A DNA stretch of 36,875 nt from Selenomonadales bacterium. Its GTDB lineage: Bacteria > Bacillota > Negativicutes > RGIG982. This document shows positions 27,301 to 34,523 of the stretch, piece by piece. The position numbers were made by a program, and so were the translations under genes. How positions within the stretch are numbered: the first letter of the stretch is position 1; each line of letters opens with the position of its first letter. Under the pieces are notes generated by a model. That model ran no database searches. It had not been told where the DNA came from and worked only from the letters and a program-made list of their open reading frames with translations. The stretch covers positions 1 to 36,875 of the forward strand of contig JAFSAX010000063.1 in assembly GCA_017442105.1 (NCBI GenBank), in the 5' to 3' direction.

Positions 27301-30300
27301 ACAAAACAGCTGTTGACCGCAGTCCGATTGCTTGCTTCGACAGTATGATCGCCTGTGGTGCTGATTGTGCTGTTTTTGATAAGAGTACGCGTCTGAGAAT
27401 CGTCTGTCATAACGCCGATCGCCGCACCGACACCTGCACCGATCGCCGCAGCCCCGACGCTGACATTGCCTGCGTTCGTTCTGCTGAGATGATCTGCTTT
27501 AACGGAGGATGTATCTGCTGTGATCGTCGCATCTTCCACGACAGCCTCTGTCACGCCGTCCATCGTCGTGACGGAAACAACAGCTCCGACTGCCGCACCT
27601 TCGATCGCACCTGCCGCGCCCACACCGAACGAGGAGATGCCTTGTTTGCTCTCTGCCGATACAGATACGTCATTTGCGTTGATCGTCATTTTGTTACTGC
27701 CGCTTGCTGTCTTATCTGTGATCGAAGCGCGCACCGTTCTGTCCAAAAGATTCGTATCGGATGCAGGTGCTATCCCTGCATTCATCGCGCCTGCCGCACC
27801 GCCGACAAGGCCTGTGCTGTTCGTATAATCATGTGCGCGAACCGTTACATCACTGTTTGCCAAAGCACCGCTCTTATTGATCGTCGAATGATCGACTGTC
27901 GCGATCGTAGAGCCTTCGATCGAATTGACATTGACCGTAGCTTCGACCGATGCCGTACCACTGCCTGCGGCTGTCAGCATGAACGAACGCAGATCGCGTG
28001 TCGCAGAGCTGTCTACGACAAGACCCTTATGCATCTTGGTGCTTCGTTTATTTTTCAAATTCTTCGTCGAATCGACCGAGTTCTCATTGGCGACCGTATC
28101 GACGATAGCATCGTCTGCCACATCGCTCTTCGTCGTGACAGTATGCATCGTATTGCCTTTTGCCGTGATCGTCGCATCGCTTACGCTTGCTTTCGAATCA
28201 CCCGTCAGTAGATTGACACCGACCGAGGCACCGACTGCCGCCGTACCGCCGCCGCTCAATGTACCTGCGTAGTTGGAAATGATCTGGTCGTTTTCGGAGA
28301 TGACACCGACACTGCCTTCTGCCGTAATATCGGCACCGCCCATGATCTCGGCAATGCTGTTATCTTCGAGAATATTAACTGCTATCGAGCCTGTGATGCC
28401 TGCCGTACCGCCGACACTGCCGCCGATGCCGACAGAGAAGATCGTCGGCTGAGATGTGCTCTTGACGACGATTCCGTTGACATTCTGTTTTCCGCCCGAA
28501 AGAATGGCAGACGCACTTTGCTGAATACGATTGACCGTTACACCTGCGCCGATCGCCGCCGTACCGCTTCCTGCGACGACTGATGCACTGCCGTCTATAT
28601 CGGATGTATTGTCAGCCGTTACCGTCACGTTCGCACGCGATGCACCCGAAGCTTCTTTGTCGATATTCGTATTCGACATCGTTGCCGATACATTCTTATT
28701 GATGAGCGACGTTGCCGATGCGCCTTGTACGGCTACTTTTCCGCTGCCGCCGACACCGACTGCTGCCGTCGTGACATCGGCATCGTCATGCGCACCGACT
28801 GTGATGACCGTATCGTCCGCTTTCGTCGTGATATCGGTATCATCAAGACCTGCCGTCACATTCTGCGCGGCTTTTTCAGTCGTAAGAGCCGAACCGCCGA
28901 TATCGTTATACGCGACCGCACCGCCGACTGCCGCCGTTTTGGACGCGCCGACACCACCCGCGACACCGACAAGATTCGTATCGTCGTTTGCTTCGACCTC
29001 TATTTTATTCGCATCGGTAACAGACGAACGGGTATTACCGCTCTTACCGATGATGGCTTGTGTATCGTTCGCACCGCGATTGATGGCGACCGTACCGTTT
29101 ACCGCCGCCGTTTCCGTCGCCGCACTGACACCTACACCGACCCCTATGATATCGCCCGTATTAAGACCTTTCGCCGATACGGCGATACCGTTATCACCGC
29201 CATGAAGCACAGAGCCTGTGATATATGCACCTGTTATATTATCGATACCTTGATAAGCAAGCGTTGCCCCAAAGGCATTTTTGCCTGCCGAAACCTGCCC
29301 TGCTACATTGATAAGGAGTGCATCGTTATCTGCCAAAACATCGAGCGAATCAGCCGTAACTGTACTGCTGTCTACTGTTGCCGTAACCTCGTTTTCGACC
29401 TCATGCCAGCCGACCGAGCCTACAGCGCCAAAATTCTTCGAACCGCCACCGCCTGCCGCTGTGCCGACGAGAAGAGAATCGGCATCGGCTTTCACCGATA
29501 CATTGTCCGCTGTAATATTACTGCCTGTGATGCTTGCCGTACGGTCGTTCGTGATCTCATCGATCGCTGCCGCACCTGCCACACCTGCGTTGCCGCTCGA
29601 GCCTGCGACAGCAACAGCCGCCGAGACGATAAGCGACCCGTCATCATCAAGAGTTCCGACTTCCTCGATCGAATCCGCATTGTCTTTCGTTTCCTTCCCA
29701 TCGGCATCAAGACCGCGGTCTTCGATATATGTTTTCCACTCACTTGCCGATGCGAGCGTATCTTTCGCAATGACATCGACTTTACCTGCCGTAATAGTTG
29801 CCCCATCAATAAAGGCATTTACTTTGTTCTCCAGCTCATTGTAGACAGCCGCCCCTTCAAAAGCGAATCCTTTCTGCGAGCCTGCCTGTACGCCGACACC
29901 GAGCGCCGTACCGATCTGGCGCGTACCGATCATACTGCTGACCTGCATGTCTTTGATATTCGTATACGTACCGCCATGAATACCTGCTTCTACTTCATTT
30001 TCAAGCTCGGCAACTGTCACCGCACCGCCGACCGCCGAACCGAACTTACCGCTTGCGCCCGATACGGCAGATACGTTCACGCCGCCCGTTACTTGAAGAT
30101 CACTGCTGTACGCCGAAGTCGTGACCGTCGTATCACCTGTCACCGTATCATTGTCCATGTGAGCATATGTGCGATCGTCTACATCGTTCACCGATACCGT
30201 TCCTGCCACGCTGACAGGTGTACCTGCCTGCGCGCCTGCCGAATGTACGACTGTCATGCCAAGACCTGCCGCCACGGTCGCCCCGTCAGACGATGCCACA

Positions 30301-33300
30301 TTCGTGATCGTATCGGCATCTGTGATAGTCGAATCGGCGATCGTCGATTGCACCGCGCCTTCGATAAGGTTCACACCGACTGCGCCTGCCATACCGACCG
30401 ATGTCTGCTTATGTTCGGCTTTTGTCGTCGTTTTCCACGAAATTCCCGCACTGCCGCTCCACGCACCGACAAAACCTTCATCTTTCGCCGAAACGGACAG
30501 ACTGCTCCCTTGGTCTTCAGCATTTGTATTTGTATTTTTATGAAGCGTGATATTCGCACCATCAACGACGGCACCCGTATTTTTATCCATCATATTGACA
30601 GACGCACTGCCTGCTGCCGCAATACTGACCGACGGCGTAGCACTGCCGCTCTGATTCACCGTATTGTTGCCGCCGCCTTGGTCGGTCGTACCGCTGTTGA
30701 GCGAATTATTCACATTCGAGCCGAATTTATCATTGATCGCTCCGCCGATCTTGCCGTCGAGCGTATTGACTTTCCCCAGTGCCCAATTTTCTACGTTTTT
30801 GATCCCTTTCACCAGCTTCGTATTGTTGAACCAATTACCGAGCTTGTCAAAGATCCCGGGCTCACCGCTGTCATCCGATACCGCGATACCGCCCGCGACG
30901 CTGACAGCATTGATCGTGCCTTCGGTCAGAGCATTCGCGTGCAAACTGTTCGCCGTGATCGTCCCATCTATATCCGTCGCAGTCGAGCCGAGCAAAGATG
31001 CCGACTGCTGATTCGTCAGACCGCTTGCCGCACGTGCCGCCTGCATCGCTTGTGCAACGCTGTTTTTCCGTTTGACGGCAGATGTCGATTCGTCCGTTTC
31101 TTCTGTCTCTGTATAGTCTTTGTTATAGTCGGTATCGACGATACCTGCCATGTTGTTGACCGTATAATCCGTCAATGCCAAGCCGACACCGACACTGACA
31201 TCACTGCCCATGCTGAATCCGCCCGCAACGTTCGTGACCGTTGTATCATTCAGCGCATCGAGCGTGATACTGCCGTCATTTACGCCTTCTTTCACAGCAC
31301 CTGTCGTCGCTTCTCTCGCCGTGACAGATGCTTCATCATCGACAAAGACAAGACTGTTCGAATCGCCCATCATCAGATTGACCATACCGCTGATGCCGAC
31401 AGAACCGCTGATGCCCGACTGCGTGACGACACCGACCTGCATGACATCGTTCTCTGCTTGAACATTCACCGCACTGCCCAAAAGCTGTGCGCCTTCTGCA
31501 ATCATAACAACATCTTCCACGTCGAATCGCTGAAGCGAGAAGCTGCCGCCCAGACCGACATCACCGCCGGTACCGCCGGGAAGACCGCCCGTCACGTTGA
31601 CCGATTCCGCATTGCCTTTCGCCGTAATATCGAGCTTGCCCTTTGCATCGATGACTGCATTTTTACCGATAAGGACATTGCCTGTATGCGATACGCTTGC
31701 CAGATTGACATTGCCTGCGATCGCGGTTTTGGCACCGCCTTGGTCGAACGATTTACCACCGGTCGTATTATTGACGGTGAAGTTGGAATAATTGTTCAGA
31801 TCGGCAAACGAAGCCGCTTTGGCAAAGATATCAATAATAGCAATAGCGTCCATCATCTGAAAATACATACTCATCTCTTCGGCATCGAGTCGTACGGTAT
31901 CCGCCGCTTGACCGAGCTGCATCGCCAGATCGAGAAACTCCGTATTTTCGAGATAGTCGGGGTCTTCTGCCGCTTTTTCATCGGCTTCTTTGAGCAATGC
32001 TTTCATCTCTGCCAGTTTTTCCTGATACTCCGACGACGAACCGAATGCCGCCTCGACTTTTTCGACTGCCCAGAGAAGCTCGCCGACCATCTTCGTCACG
32101 CGATTGTATTGCATCGTGTTCGACGCCGTCACCGCAATATCTCCGCCGTCGATCACCTTATGACTTGCTGTATCCTGCGCCTCGATAATGACATTCGCAT
32201 CATTATCCATATCAGCCACAAGTACGCCTGCGCTGACGATCGCTTTATCCACCGATGTCTTGCCGTTGTTGTTCGTCGTTCCGACAGCAGACATCTTCGT
32301 ATCGAGAATATTGTTGTTCGCCGCGAGCGATACCTTGCCGTCATGTATGCCCGGTGTCGTTCCGCGCGCAACGATGCTCGCATCATGTTTGACCGTAAGA
32401 TTCGCTTTATTCATCTCTTCGACGACCGTGACCGATGCACCGATCGAAACTGCCTTACCGATTTCATCGGCAAAATTTTCCGTTGTCGGAGCATTGACTG
32501 CATTTTGTATTTTTTGCGGCAATTTGTTGACGATGGCAGGAAGCAGACTATTCGTAAGCGCATTGACCGTCTGAGACGATGCTGCGGCTTCACTCAGCTT
32601 CGACATCATCGCCGAACTGCCCATCTGATTGTTCGCAGTGATCGTATTGTCACTGACAGAATTGCCGGCCACGATGGAGATATCTTCGGCTTCTATCGCC
32701 GCACCGATCACGACATCGGCAGAGCTGTCATACGACGTTACGTTGACGGCTGTTGCACCGACTGCTCCGTTGCCGCCGCTTGCTTCTGCTTCGATATGTA
32801 CTTGGTTTCTCGTGACTGCGCCGATATCGAGGTCACCGACGAGATTGTCCTCTGCCATCTTCGCTTGTTCGCCGATCGTTACATTCGCACGTGTATCGCC
32901 ATTCGCAACGACGACTGCCACATCGGCGATCGATTCACTGCCGCTGATCGTCGTCGTTTTGGCTGCCGCTTTGGCTACCATCTGTGTTTCGGCATTTGCC
33001 TCGATCTTCGTATTGCCTTTCGACTTCAACGTACCGTCAATATTGACTGTCGCCTCATTATCCATCTCAACATACGATACTGCCGCACTCGGAACCACGT
33101 TCGTCCCTTTGATATTCGCGACCTTCAACATAGCTGTCGATGCCCCGACACTGCCCTGCACACGGCTGTTCGCTGTCACCGAAAGTACATCGATCGCTTT
33201 CCCTTCACTATCCGTACGCACCGAGTTCTTTGCCTCTATCACAGCAGGCGCACCGATATCGACCGAAGCTTTCCCACCGAGGACAGCATACGCCGCGTCC

Positions 33301-34508
33301 ATATTGACCGTTACGGCACCGAGCGCGTTGATGCCGATCATCTTGACTAAACAGTCCGTATCGATATAGCTGTTGTCGGCATCCGCACGAATGGTAACAT
33401 TCTGTCCGCTGACAGTACCTTCCGCGACATTGACCTTCGCCACGCTCTGCGCGATCTGATATGCCGCCGCCTCATTCGTGCCGAATTCGTTCGGCTCATC
33501 AAACTTGCCTGCATAAAATTCCTGACCATTCGCCGATGTCGCCGTGATCGACACATCGCCTGCCGCTTCGATCGTACCCTTGCTCGTTACCGACGCTTCT
33601 ATCGTATTGTTATCCGCCGTTTCATTACCGGCTCCCGTAATGCCGAGGATCGTCTGTGTAAAATCTTCATCCTTTTTATTGCGCACATCAGAATACGCCG
33701 CCAGCACAATATCACCGCTGTCCGTCATCGTCGCCATCAAGTTTTGGCTGCCGTCGAACACCGTATTGTCTGTCGTGCCTGCATTGACGAGATCGGTAAA
33801 GTCGATATTACCCGTCTTGAGCTGTGCCGCAGAGTCAACATTGACAGAAGCCGCCTTCATACCGATACCGTTCGGCGCAAAGACCTTCCCCTTGACCATG
33901 ATCTCGCCCGACGGACTGAGCGGGATATTCATCTCTGCCATCTTCGCCTGCTCCGCACCGAACGCATCTGCATCCATCTTCCACGCACCGTCTTTAATAA
34001 ACTTCTCATAATAGCCTTCCGACGGCGTGAGAAGTGTCAGCGAGCCTGCGTTGATGACACCGCCCGCACCGACAGCTACACCCTCTCGGCTTAAGAAGAA
34101 CAGATTGCCGCCTATCGTATTGTTTTGGATCGCATTGACCGTACCGTTCACATCTATCTTGCTGTCAACAAAATTGAACAGATTCAGCTTGCTGTTATCT
34201 GCCTGCGTCCCGAAATAGAGATTGGCGATCTCGTTTGCACCAAGGCCGAACTGACTGAACCAGTTGACCGCACTGTTGCCGAAATGTTTATGTGACTCTA
34301 CCGTGTAGATATTGTTCTGTTTATTGACTGTCGTGATAGCATTATCGCCCGAAACAACATCAGCCGATGCCACCATCGGAGAGAAGAACGTACACGTCGT
34401 TGCCGCCGCGATCGAACGTATCAAGAGATCTCTGCGCGCACGATCCTTCTGTGCAAGACGCTCTCTTTTCTTCTCGCTCTGTTTTGCCCCTTTACCGTAT
34501 AACGTCAT
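18321..34508 (-). CDS. Giant two-partner-secretion exoprotein (TpsA; filamentous-hemagglutinin/CdiA-like), 5,395 aa
   Basis: Single uninterrupted 16.2-kb ORF with a GGGAGGAGG SD. It has a long basic n-region signal peptide ending ...FFSPMVASA|D (residue 49). The N-terminal TPS (hemagglutination-activity) domain pattern is NSAVNWFSQFGLGANEIANLYF...VNGTVNAI...GGNLFFLSREGVAVGAGGVINAGSLTL. Thousands of residues of G/A/T/V/N/D-rich beta-helix repeats follow (e.g. ...GGGTAAVGASVGVNLL.., xENxVxAxIxG). It lies immediately downstream of a TpsB gene. Confidence 0.93.
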   Translation of the reverse strand: MTLYGKGAKQSEKKRERLAQKDRARRDLLIRSIAAATTCTFFSPMVASADVVSGDNAITTVNKQNNIYTVESHKHFGNSAVNWFSQFGLGANEIANLYFGTQADNSKLNLFNFVDSKIDVNGTVNAIQNNTIGGNLFFLSREGVAVGAGGVINAGSLTLLTPSEGYYEKFIKDGAWKMDADAFGAEQAKMAEMNIPLSPSGEIMVKGKVFAPNGIGMKAASVNVDSAAQLKTGNIDFTDLVNAGTTDNTVFDGSQNLMATMTDSGDIVLAAYSDVRNKKDEDFTQTILGITGAGNETADNNTIEASVTSKGTIEAAGDVSITATSANGQEFYAGKFDEPNEFGTNEAAAYQIAQSVAKVNVAEGTVSGQNVTIRADADNSYIDTDCLVKMIGINALGAVTVNMDAAYAVLGGKASVDIGAPAVIEAKNSVRTDSEGKAIDVLSVTANSRVQGSVGASTAMLKVANIKGTNVVPSAAVSYVEMDNEATVNIDGTLKSKGNTKIEANAETQMVAKAAAKTTTISGSESIADVAVVVANGDTRANVTIGEQAKMAEDNLVGDLDIGAVTRNQVHIEAEASGGNGAVGATAVNVTSYDSSADVVIGAAIEAEDISIVAGNSVSDNTITANNQMGSSAMMSKLSEAAASSQTVNALTNSLLPAIVNKLPQKIQNAVNAPTTENFADEIGKAVSIGASVTVVEEMNKANLTVKHDASIVARGTTPGIHDGKVSLAANNNILDTKMSAVGTTNNNGKTSVDKAIVSAGVLVADMDNDANVIIEAQDTASHKVIDGGDIAVTASNTMQYNRVTKMVGELLWAVEKVEAAFGSSSEYQEKLAEMKALLKEADEKAAEDPDYLENTEFLDLAMQLGQAADTVRLDAEEMSMYFQMMDAIAIIDIFAKAASFADLNNYSNFTVNNTTGGKSFDQGGAKTAIAGNVNLASVSHTGNVLIGKNAVIDAKGKLDITAKGNAESVNVTGGLPGGTGGDVGLGGSFSLQRFDVEDVVMIAEGAQLLGSAVNVQAENDVMQVGVVTQSGISGSVGISGMVNLMMGDSNSLVFVDDEASVTAREATTGAVKEGVNDGSITLDALNDTTVTNVAGGFSMGSDVSVGVGLALTDYTVNNMAGIVDTDYNKDYTETEETDESTSAVKRKNSVAQAMQAARAASGLTNQQSASLLGSTATDIDGTITANSLHANALTEGTINAVSVAGGIAVSDDSGEPGIFDKLGNWFNNTKLVKGIKNVENWALGKVNTLDGKIGGAINDKFGSNVNNSLNSGTTDQGGGNNTVNQSGSATPSVSIAAAGSASVNMMDKNTGAVVDGANITLHKNTNTNAEDQGSSLSVSAKDEGFVGAWSGSAGISWKTTTKAEHKQTSVGMAGAVGVNLIEGAVQSTIADSTITDADTITNVASSDGATVAAGLGMTVVHSAGAQAGTPVSVAGTVSVNDVDDRTYAHMDNDTVTGDTTVTTSAYSSDLQVTGGVNVSAVSGASGKFGSAVGGAVTVAELENEVEAGIHGGTYTNIKDMQVSSMIGTRQIGTALGVGVQAGSQKGFAFEGAAVYNELENKVNAFIDGATITAGKVDVIAKDTLASASEWKTYIEDRGLDADGKETKDNADSIEEVGTLDDDGSLIVSAAVAVAGSSGNAGVAGAAAIDEITNDRTASITGSNITADNVSVKADADSLLVGTAAGGGGSKNFGAVGSVGWHEVENEVTATVDSSTVTADSLDVLADNDALLINVAGQVSAGKNAFGATLAYQGIDNITGAYITGSVLHGGDNGIAVSAKGLNTGDIIGVGVGVSAATETAAVNGTVAINRGANDTQAIIGKSGNTRSSVTDANKIEVEANDDTNLVGVAGGVGASKTAAVGGAVAYNDIGGSALTTEKAAQNVTAGLDDTDITTKADDTVITVGAHDDADVTTAAVGVGGSGKVAVQGASATSLINKNVSATMSNTNIDKEASGASRANVTVTADNTSDIDGSASVVAGSGTAAIGAGVTVNRIQQSASAILSGGKQNVNGIVVKSTSQPTIFSVGIGGSVGGTAGITGSIAVNILEDNSIAEIMGGADITAEGSVGVISENDQIISNYAGTLSGGGTAAVGASVGVNLLTGDSKASVSDATITAKGNTMHTVTTKSDVADDAIVDTVANENSVDSTKNLKNKRSTKMHKGLVVDSSATRDLRSFMLTAAGSGTASVEATVNVNSIEGSTIATVDHSTINKSGALANSDVTVRAHDYTNSTGLVGGAAGAMNAGIAPASDTNLLDRTVRASITDKTASGSNKMTINANDVSVSAESKQGISSFGVGAAGAIEGAAVGAVVSVTTMDGVTEAVVEDATITADTSSVKADHLSRTNAGNVSVGAAAIGAGVGAAIGVMTDDSQTRTLIKNSTISTTGDHTVEASNRTAVNSCFVSTGVGVVGGGVAGSVIVSNINNTVETTVEDSTLDGFDVTVKANNSVDIDADNVAVGAGAGGVGAGVAVNTIDSKTTVTVDHATITANDDVTIGAEEERDIDHVSGGGAGGVGGINANVMVTNIGKKIDDTNMVIDGDVDVKDLIGFANDETLKNIGGLTKGLSQTEKEKANQAQGKAGFGTGDSLVSTTVSQTTITANGDVDIVTDVREAFKAENGTVAAGVGTILATVGALDLHHNVMTNVTDQTSVTADSIDVLATAGNMVGKDIHVTSWQGSVAAATIGAAVSDIDVDGNIAVNVSDATMSGNKVILRGTDDTSMTAESFGVQGGAVAVGALAADAHNDSDVYVTAKNSKLNKDKANAATVIEAKKDNQVNAEIEGGAVGLVDGVGLSSTASDKGSVNVTLDKNQIGGKKIEAKATAVPRVNAIVDNDAYGILAIQVSEATARAMTSTNLTVSDGNELLADNVLLESAVGTGNETTAKADVVSVNGSAIAASGSTSEAEVEAQANVIVGNSTYKDTTKLTVVGATKTKAESDIENLNIGIGVATGNNAATSTTDNTTSVYVLGNGTVGALTVKADSKADNDARAESDGGGILSADEAARAESYMDNDANVNVSGNWNVAGSVEIEAVQTDRSNVNADAVRGGAATFSGTTAKNDIKGDTSVALGGNITANDVKVLAKNDIQTGDAYTYAAEGDNYSAVNIQGNVATMTVTKQADVAIDANVTTNKYQTYEALTEAELSNRSVVECGMVIGDGFAIADTTTTVTDNVTLGQGKTLVSKTGGTGSNITLAASDTLDITSTSEADIPAAAVSGAEAETDTKTTRNNTVTVSGSVQSMNDINLYAGKDASGKQASLTMDTSAEAYNKSAIPVAVPSLDHQLEQNNQVIVASGATGESVRHINIHANAGKESIREMTGRFAWYYGGTDQEVSYVGTSEGQEMKSKVSNNFAQLDGSLTTGTNKTQNVVISGIVAPPGNEAVSGGDSDYTITLNGETMEGAVVSTKDYGNMLFDRYQEVTALMNEYQGKYGESGSEQDLSAYLGYKAEQERILAQMDRAGLLVAVTDGNQTMYYPVKVAGNLIHVIELPDIVSSGGNITVNADNLYGSGALTAQGAPQINITNESSAYLKLNDLTIGEVGGELLYNGQSIADNDNEAIKKINRDQNKNVGFGTLETDDPTGHEATINVLSTNIGKLSITSASHNNSDIHAWTPIKTVEVSGSVSNMLGSVTITNEAGDIIIQGDTVGDGAGIEAKVVSLSATGAVAQGYTDGIVHIGGDPQSLYAGIANENQTAAKDVLDTNGLEKDKHGMLEDSFSDTEAKKQDGSWVVGGEVYINASDININGTIQSGFSKYQVTIDDNAIANINYNDDAKVAYINGQKVYKLNDGNRAVLRSDGTYMYEVQAYYDPRNDKIIVDDITPNGGKIYLTGRIASTGNGKIIALDGGANIDIVSTANKTIEIGKIDNDHVDGLIRITDLNKGTETEITSSTVKVTPIGGGTSTATDYNSGMKYEVKDDLRYNWTTGTETTEKKTYHKESTEDWWGLGGADVTEELENYEETNSPTDTTSGSGNKSQGAYIDVVDEITNLGGDEALGTGKYKDYYIIYDNDVKSNERSEVESWKSTSGFLGWYKTTHYRWTVTTGSSQTYQHSIKADHDIGIRFIKGEGQQSINIQGAQDVTLGGTIINTNNDSWLNVTSGGAITQESGATLVGNHLNMNAQTGIQGIDALAKSNDSVETLLKTTVGDIDAAINGDMAVSSVTTGQGNISLSATGDITSLNGSSIVSGDRIDLTSGGAVDLIVHGGQTPFVTDSMSASINATAKGNITLTQDDGDMRIGTIVSEQGDVTLTAKEGSFIDALTAEDTVDDNEATARIQKWRDLGLIEGEGAFTQKRQQDAQKYREGIANAYAYYAEQKTYYEQNPSEAKSETYQMLAAKFDGYASADDFLAAQTEGTVYHELTKTLTEKDYDWTEEQLLYAIHETVINKTGATHQDKKANITGKNITLSSPNGSVGINEDTVEIVKLKGLSADIDALRTLAGAENSDIQWYEGNDDPYVAEDGTTHYNVAVINSKVPLGIAASGNVSVDAKGDILLAGRETSAENASDTRYSTLTVDRIASQTGDVRIFGERALRGSDNSALHIQGEDIILEGGEAGIGTAGSPIVLKAGGELTARSEGDLYIAQVGDDLAISAVYAAGDAVISSQQDIFSPEHDLGYINVRGDLTLNAGGDIGTEELGLWVLAGGKSVNATADNIYIDAQAEKGVADSTITLGNMTAEYAVEVMSDSRIETIGTITATGVSATSGYSVYLQSEKDITLTDGMIEGNAIGLVAEGHVIQSAEHTINGEDVVVGAKDGIDLGGVNNIEGLYLDNEKGDIRVNNTGDLYLAAEENEGNITVTNTDGILALQSSLSAIGTGSNIVLDNTNGDIYLNDKNITADSDVTIQTHTQGDIMGTGTVTATTGTVTMQTDTGEITVMSAVNGADVKISTQTGNIAVGNLTSTGEAAVNTAEGNIDIENLTSTGDVSVGTAEGNIDIANLDADRDATIEADTGDITVDTADVEGNATIGTQTGSIDIGTLSGNNVGLTTETGDIEADDLTANGNAEIATDTGDITVDTADVAGNADITTTTGDITVDTADIAGTTNIAAQVQGDIGINSLTSTGDVSVGTTTGDITINELVSEESATVQTVVGAINANRITADDLVTMTVAEEGDITSSDIVQSLNDSVSIYTAKGDVDLAAVYAKQDASVGAGDGDVTVYTIDGENVIFTVENSDKKLNADTVTTGKRVDITSSKTNIDTIKQREDRDNMLVISAQSPDKDMPFDYLNINHIITKNGVMIPELYGDIVRMHVDTERFYLPKLRIGKVGYFSTNSTSVTLYGIAPWLDQSNIQLWHDSADLGKWTSLAFFAPKTIFTDAVYLNGDDWYDVYRQSMSGVDMMRLDLARENSLYHLDAENLRSADVYAPFMRYLLIDDSHWQENLPPIADEDDIVIEGTI
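18324..19004 (-). other. Non-repeat C-terminal domain of TpsA (last ~227 aa, starting at VENS)
   Basis: Beta-helix repeats end here. The sequence after FTVENSDKK (VENS = 18993-19004), and especially the last 192 aa (18324-18899), is rich in W/Y/F/M/R (…WLDQSNIQLWHDSADLGKW…WYDVYRQSMSGVDMMRL…) and shows no internal repeats. Confidence 0.6.
19200..19880 (-). repeat. In-frame tandem array of ~11 units of 19-21 aa (about 60 bp) within tpsA
   Basis: Example units are NAEIATDTGDITVDTADVAG, NADITTTTGDITVDTADIAG and DVSVGTAEGNIDIANLDADR. Exact DNA repeats are 19308-19341 = 19728-19761 (34 bp, 420 bp apart) and 19399-19427 = 19636-19664 (29 bp). Confidence 0.85.
33520..34360 (-). other. TPS secretion domain of TpsA (approximate bounds)
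   Basis: Residues ~50-330 directly after the signal peptide. It carries FHA-type N-terminal motifs, but the canonical NPNGI is replaced by SREGV. Boundaries were estimated by eye. Confidence 0.6.
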
Positions 34509-34523
34509 AGTACGACCTCCTCC

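Noticed and set aside
28725-33350. A 1,541-aa ORF on the plus strand opposite tpsA. Siblings lie at 18273-19274, 19845-21290, 23967-25901 and 26496-28211.
   Set aside because: All five start at coordinates equal to 0 mod 3. That is the codon-aligned antisense register of tpsA (start 34508). A stop in that frame requires a sense TTA, CTA or TCA codon, which this Gly/Ala/Thr/Val/Asp/Asn-rich gene largely avoids. The translations are Arg/Cys/Ile/His/Asp-rich low-complexity strings with no SD. They break up where the sense amino-acid composition changes. These are shadow ORFs, not genes.
18321-34508. An exact VENN pre-toxin motif, or RTX-type GGxGxD nonapeptides, in TpsA.
   Set aside because: Reading the translation by eye, I found VENE, LENE, LENK and one VENS but no VENN, and no RTX repeats. 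The CDI analogy therefore rests on gene order and the domain switch, not on the canonical motif.
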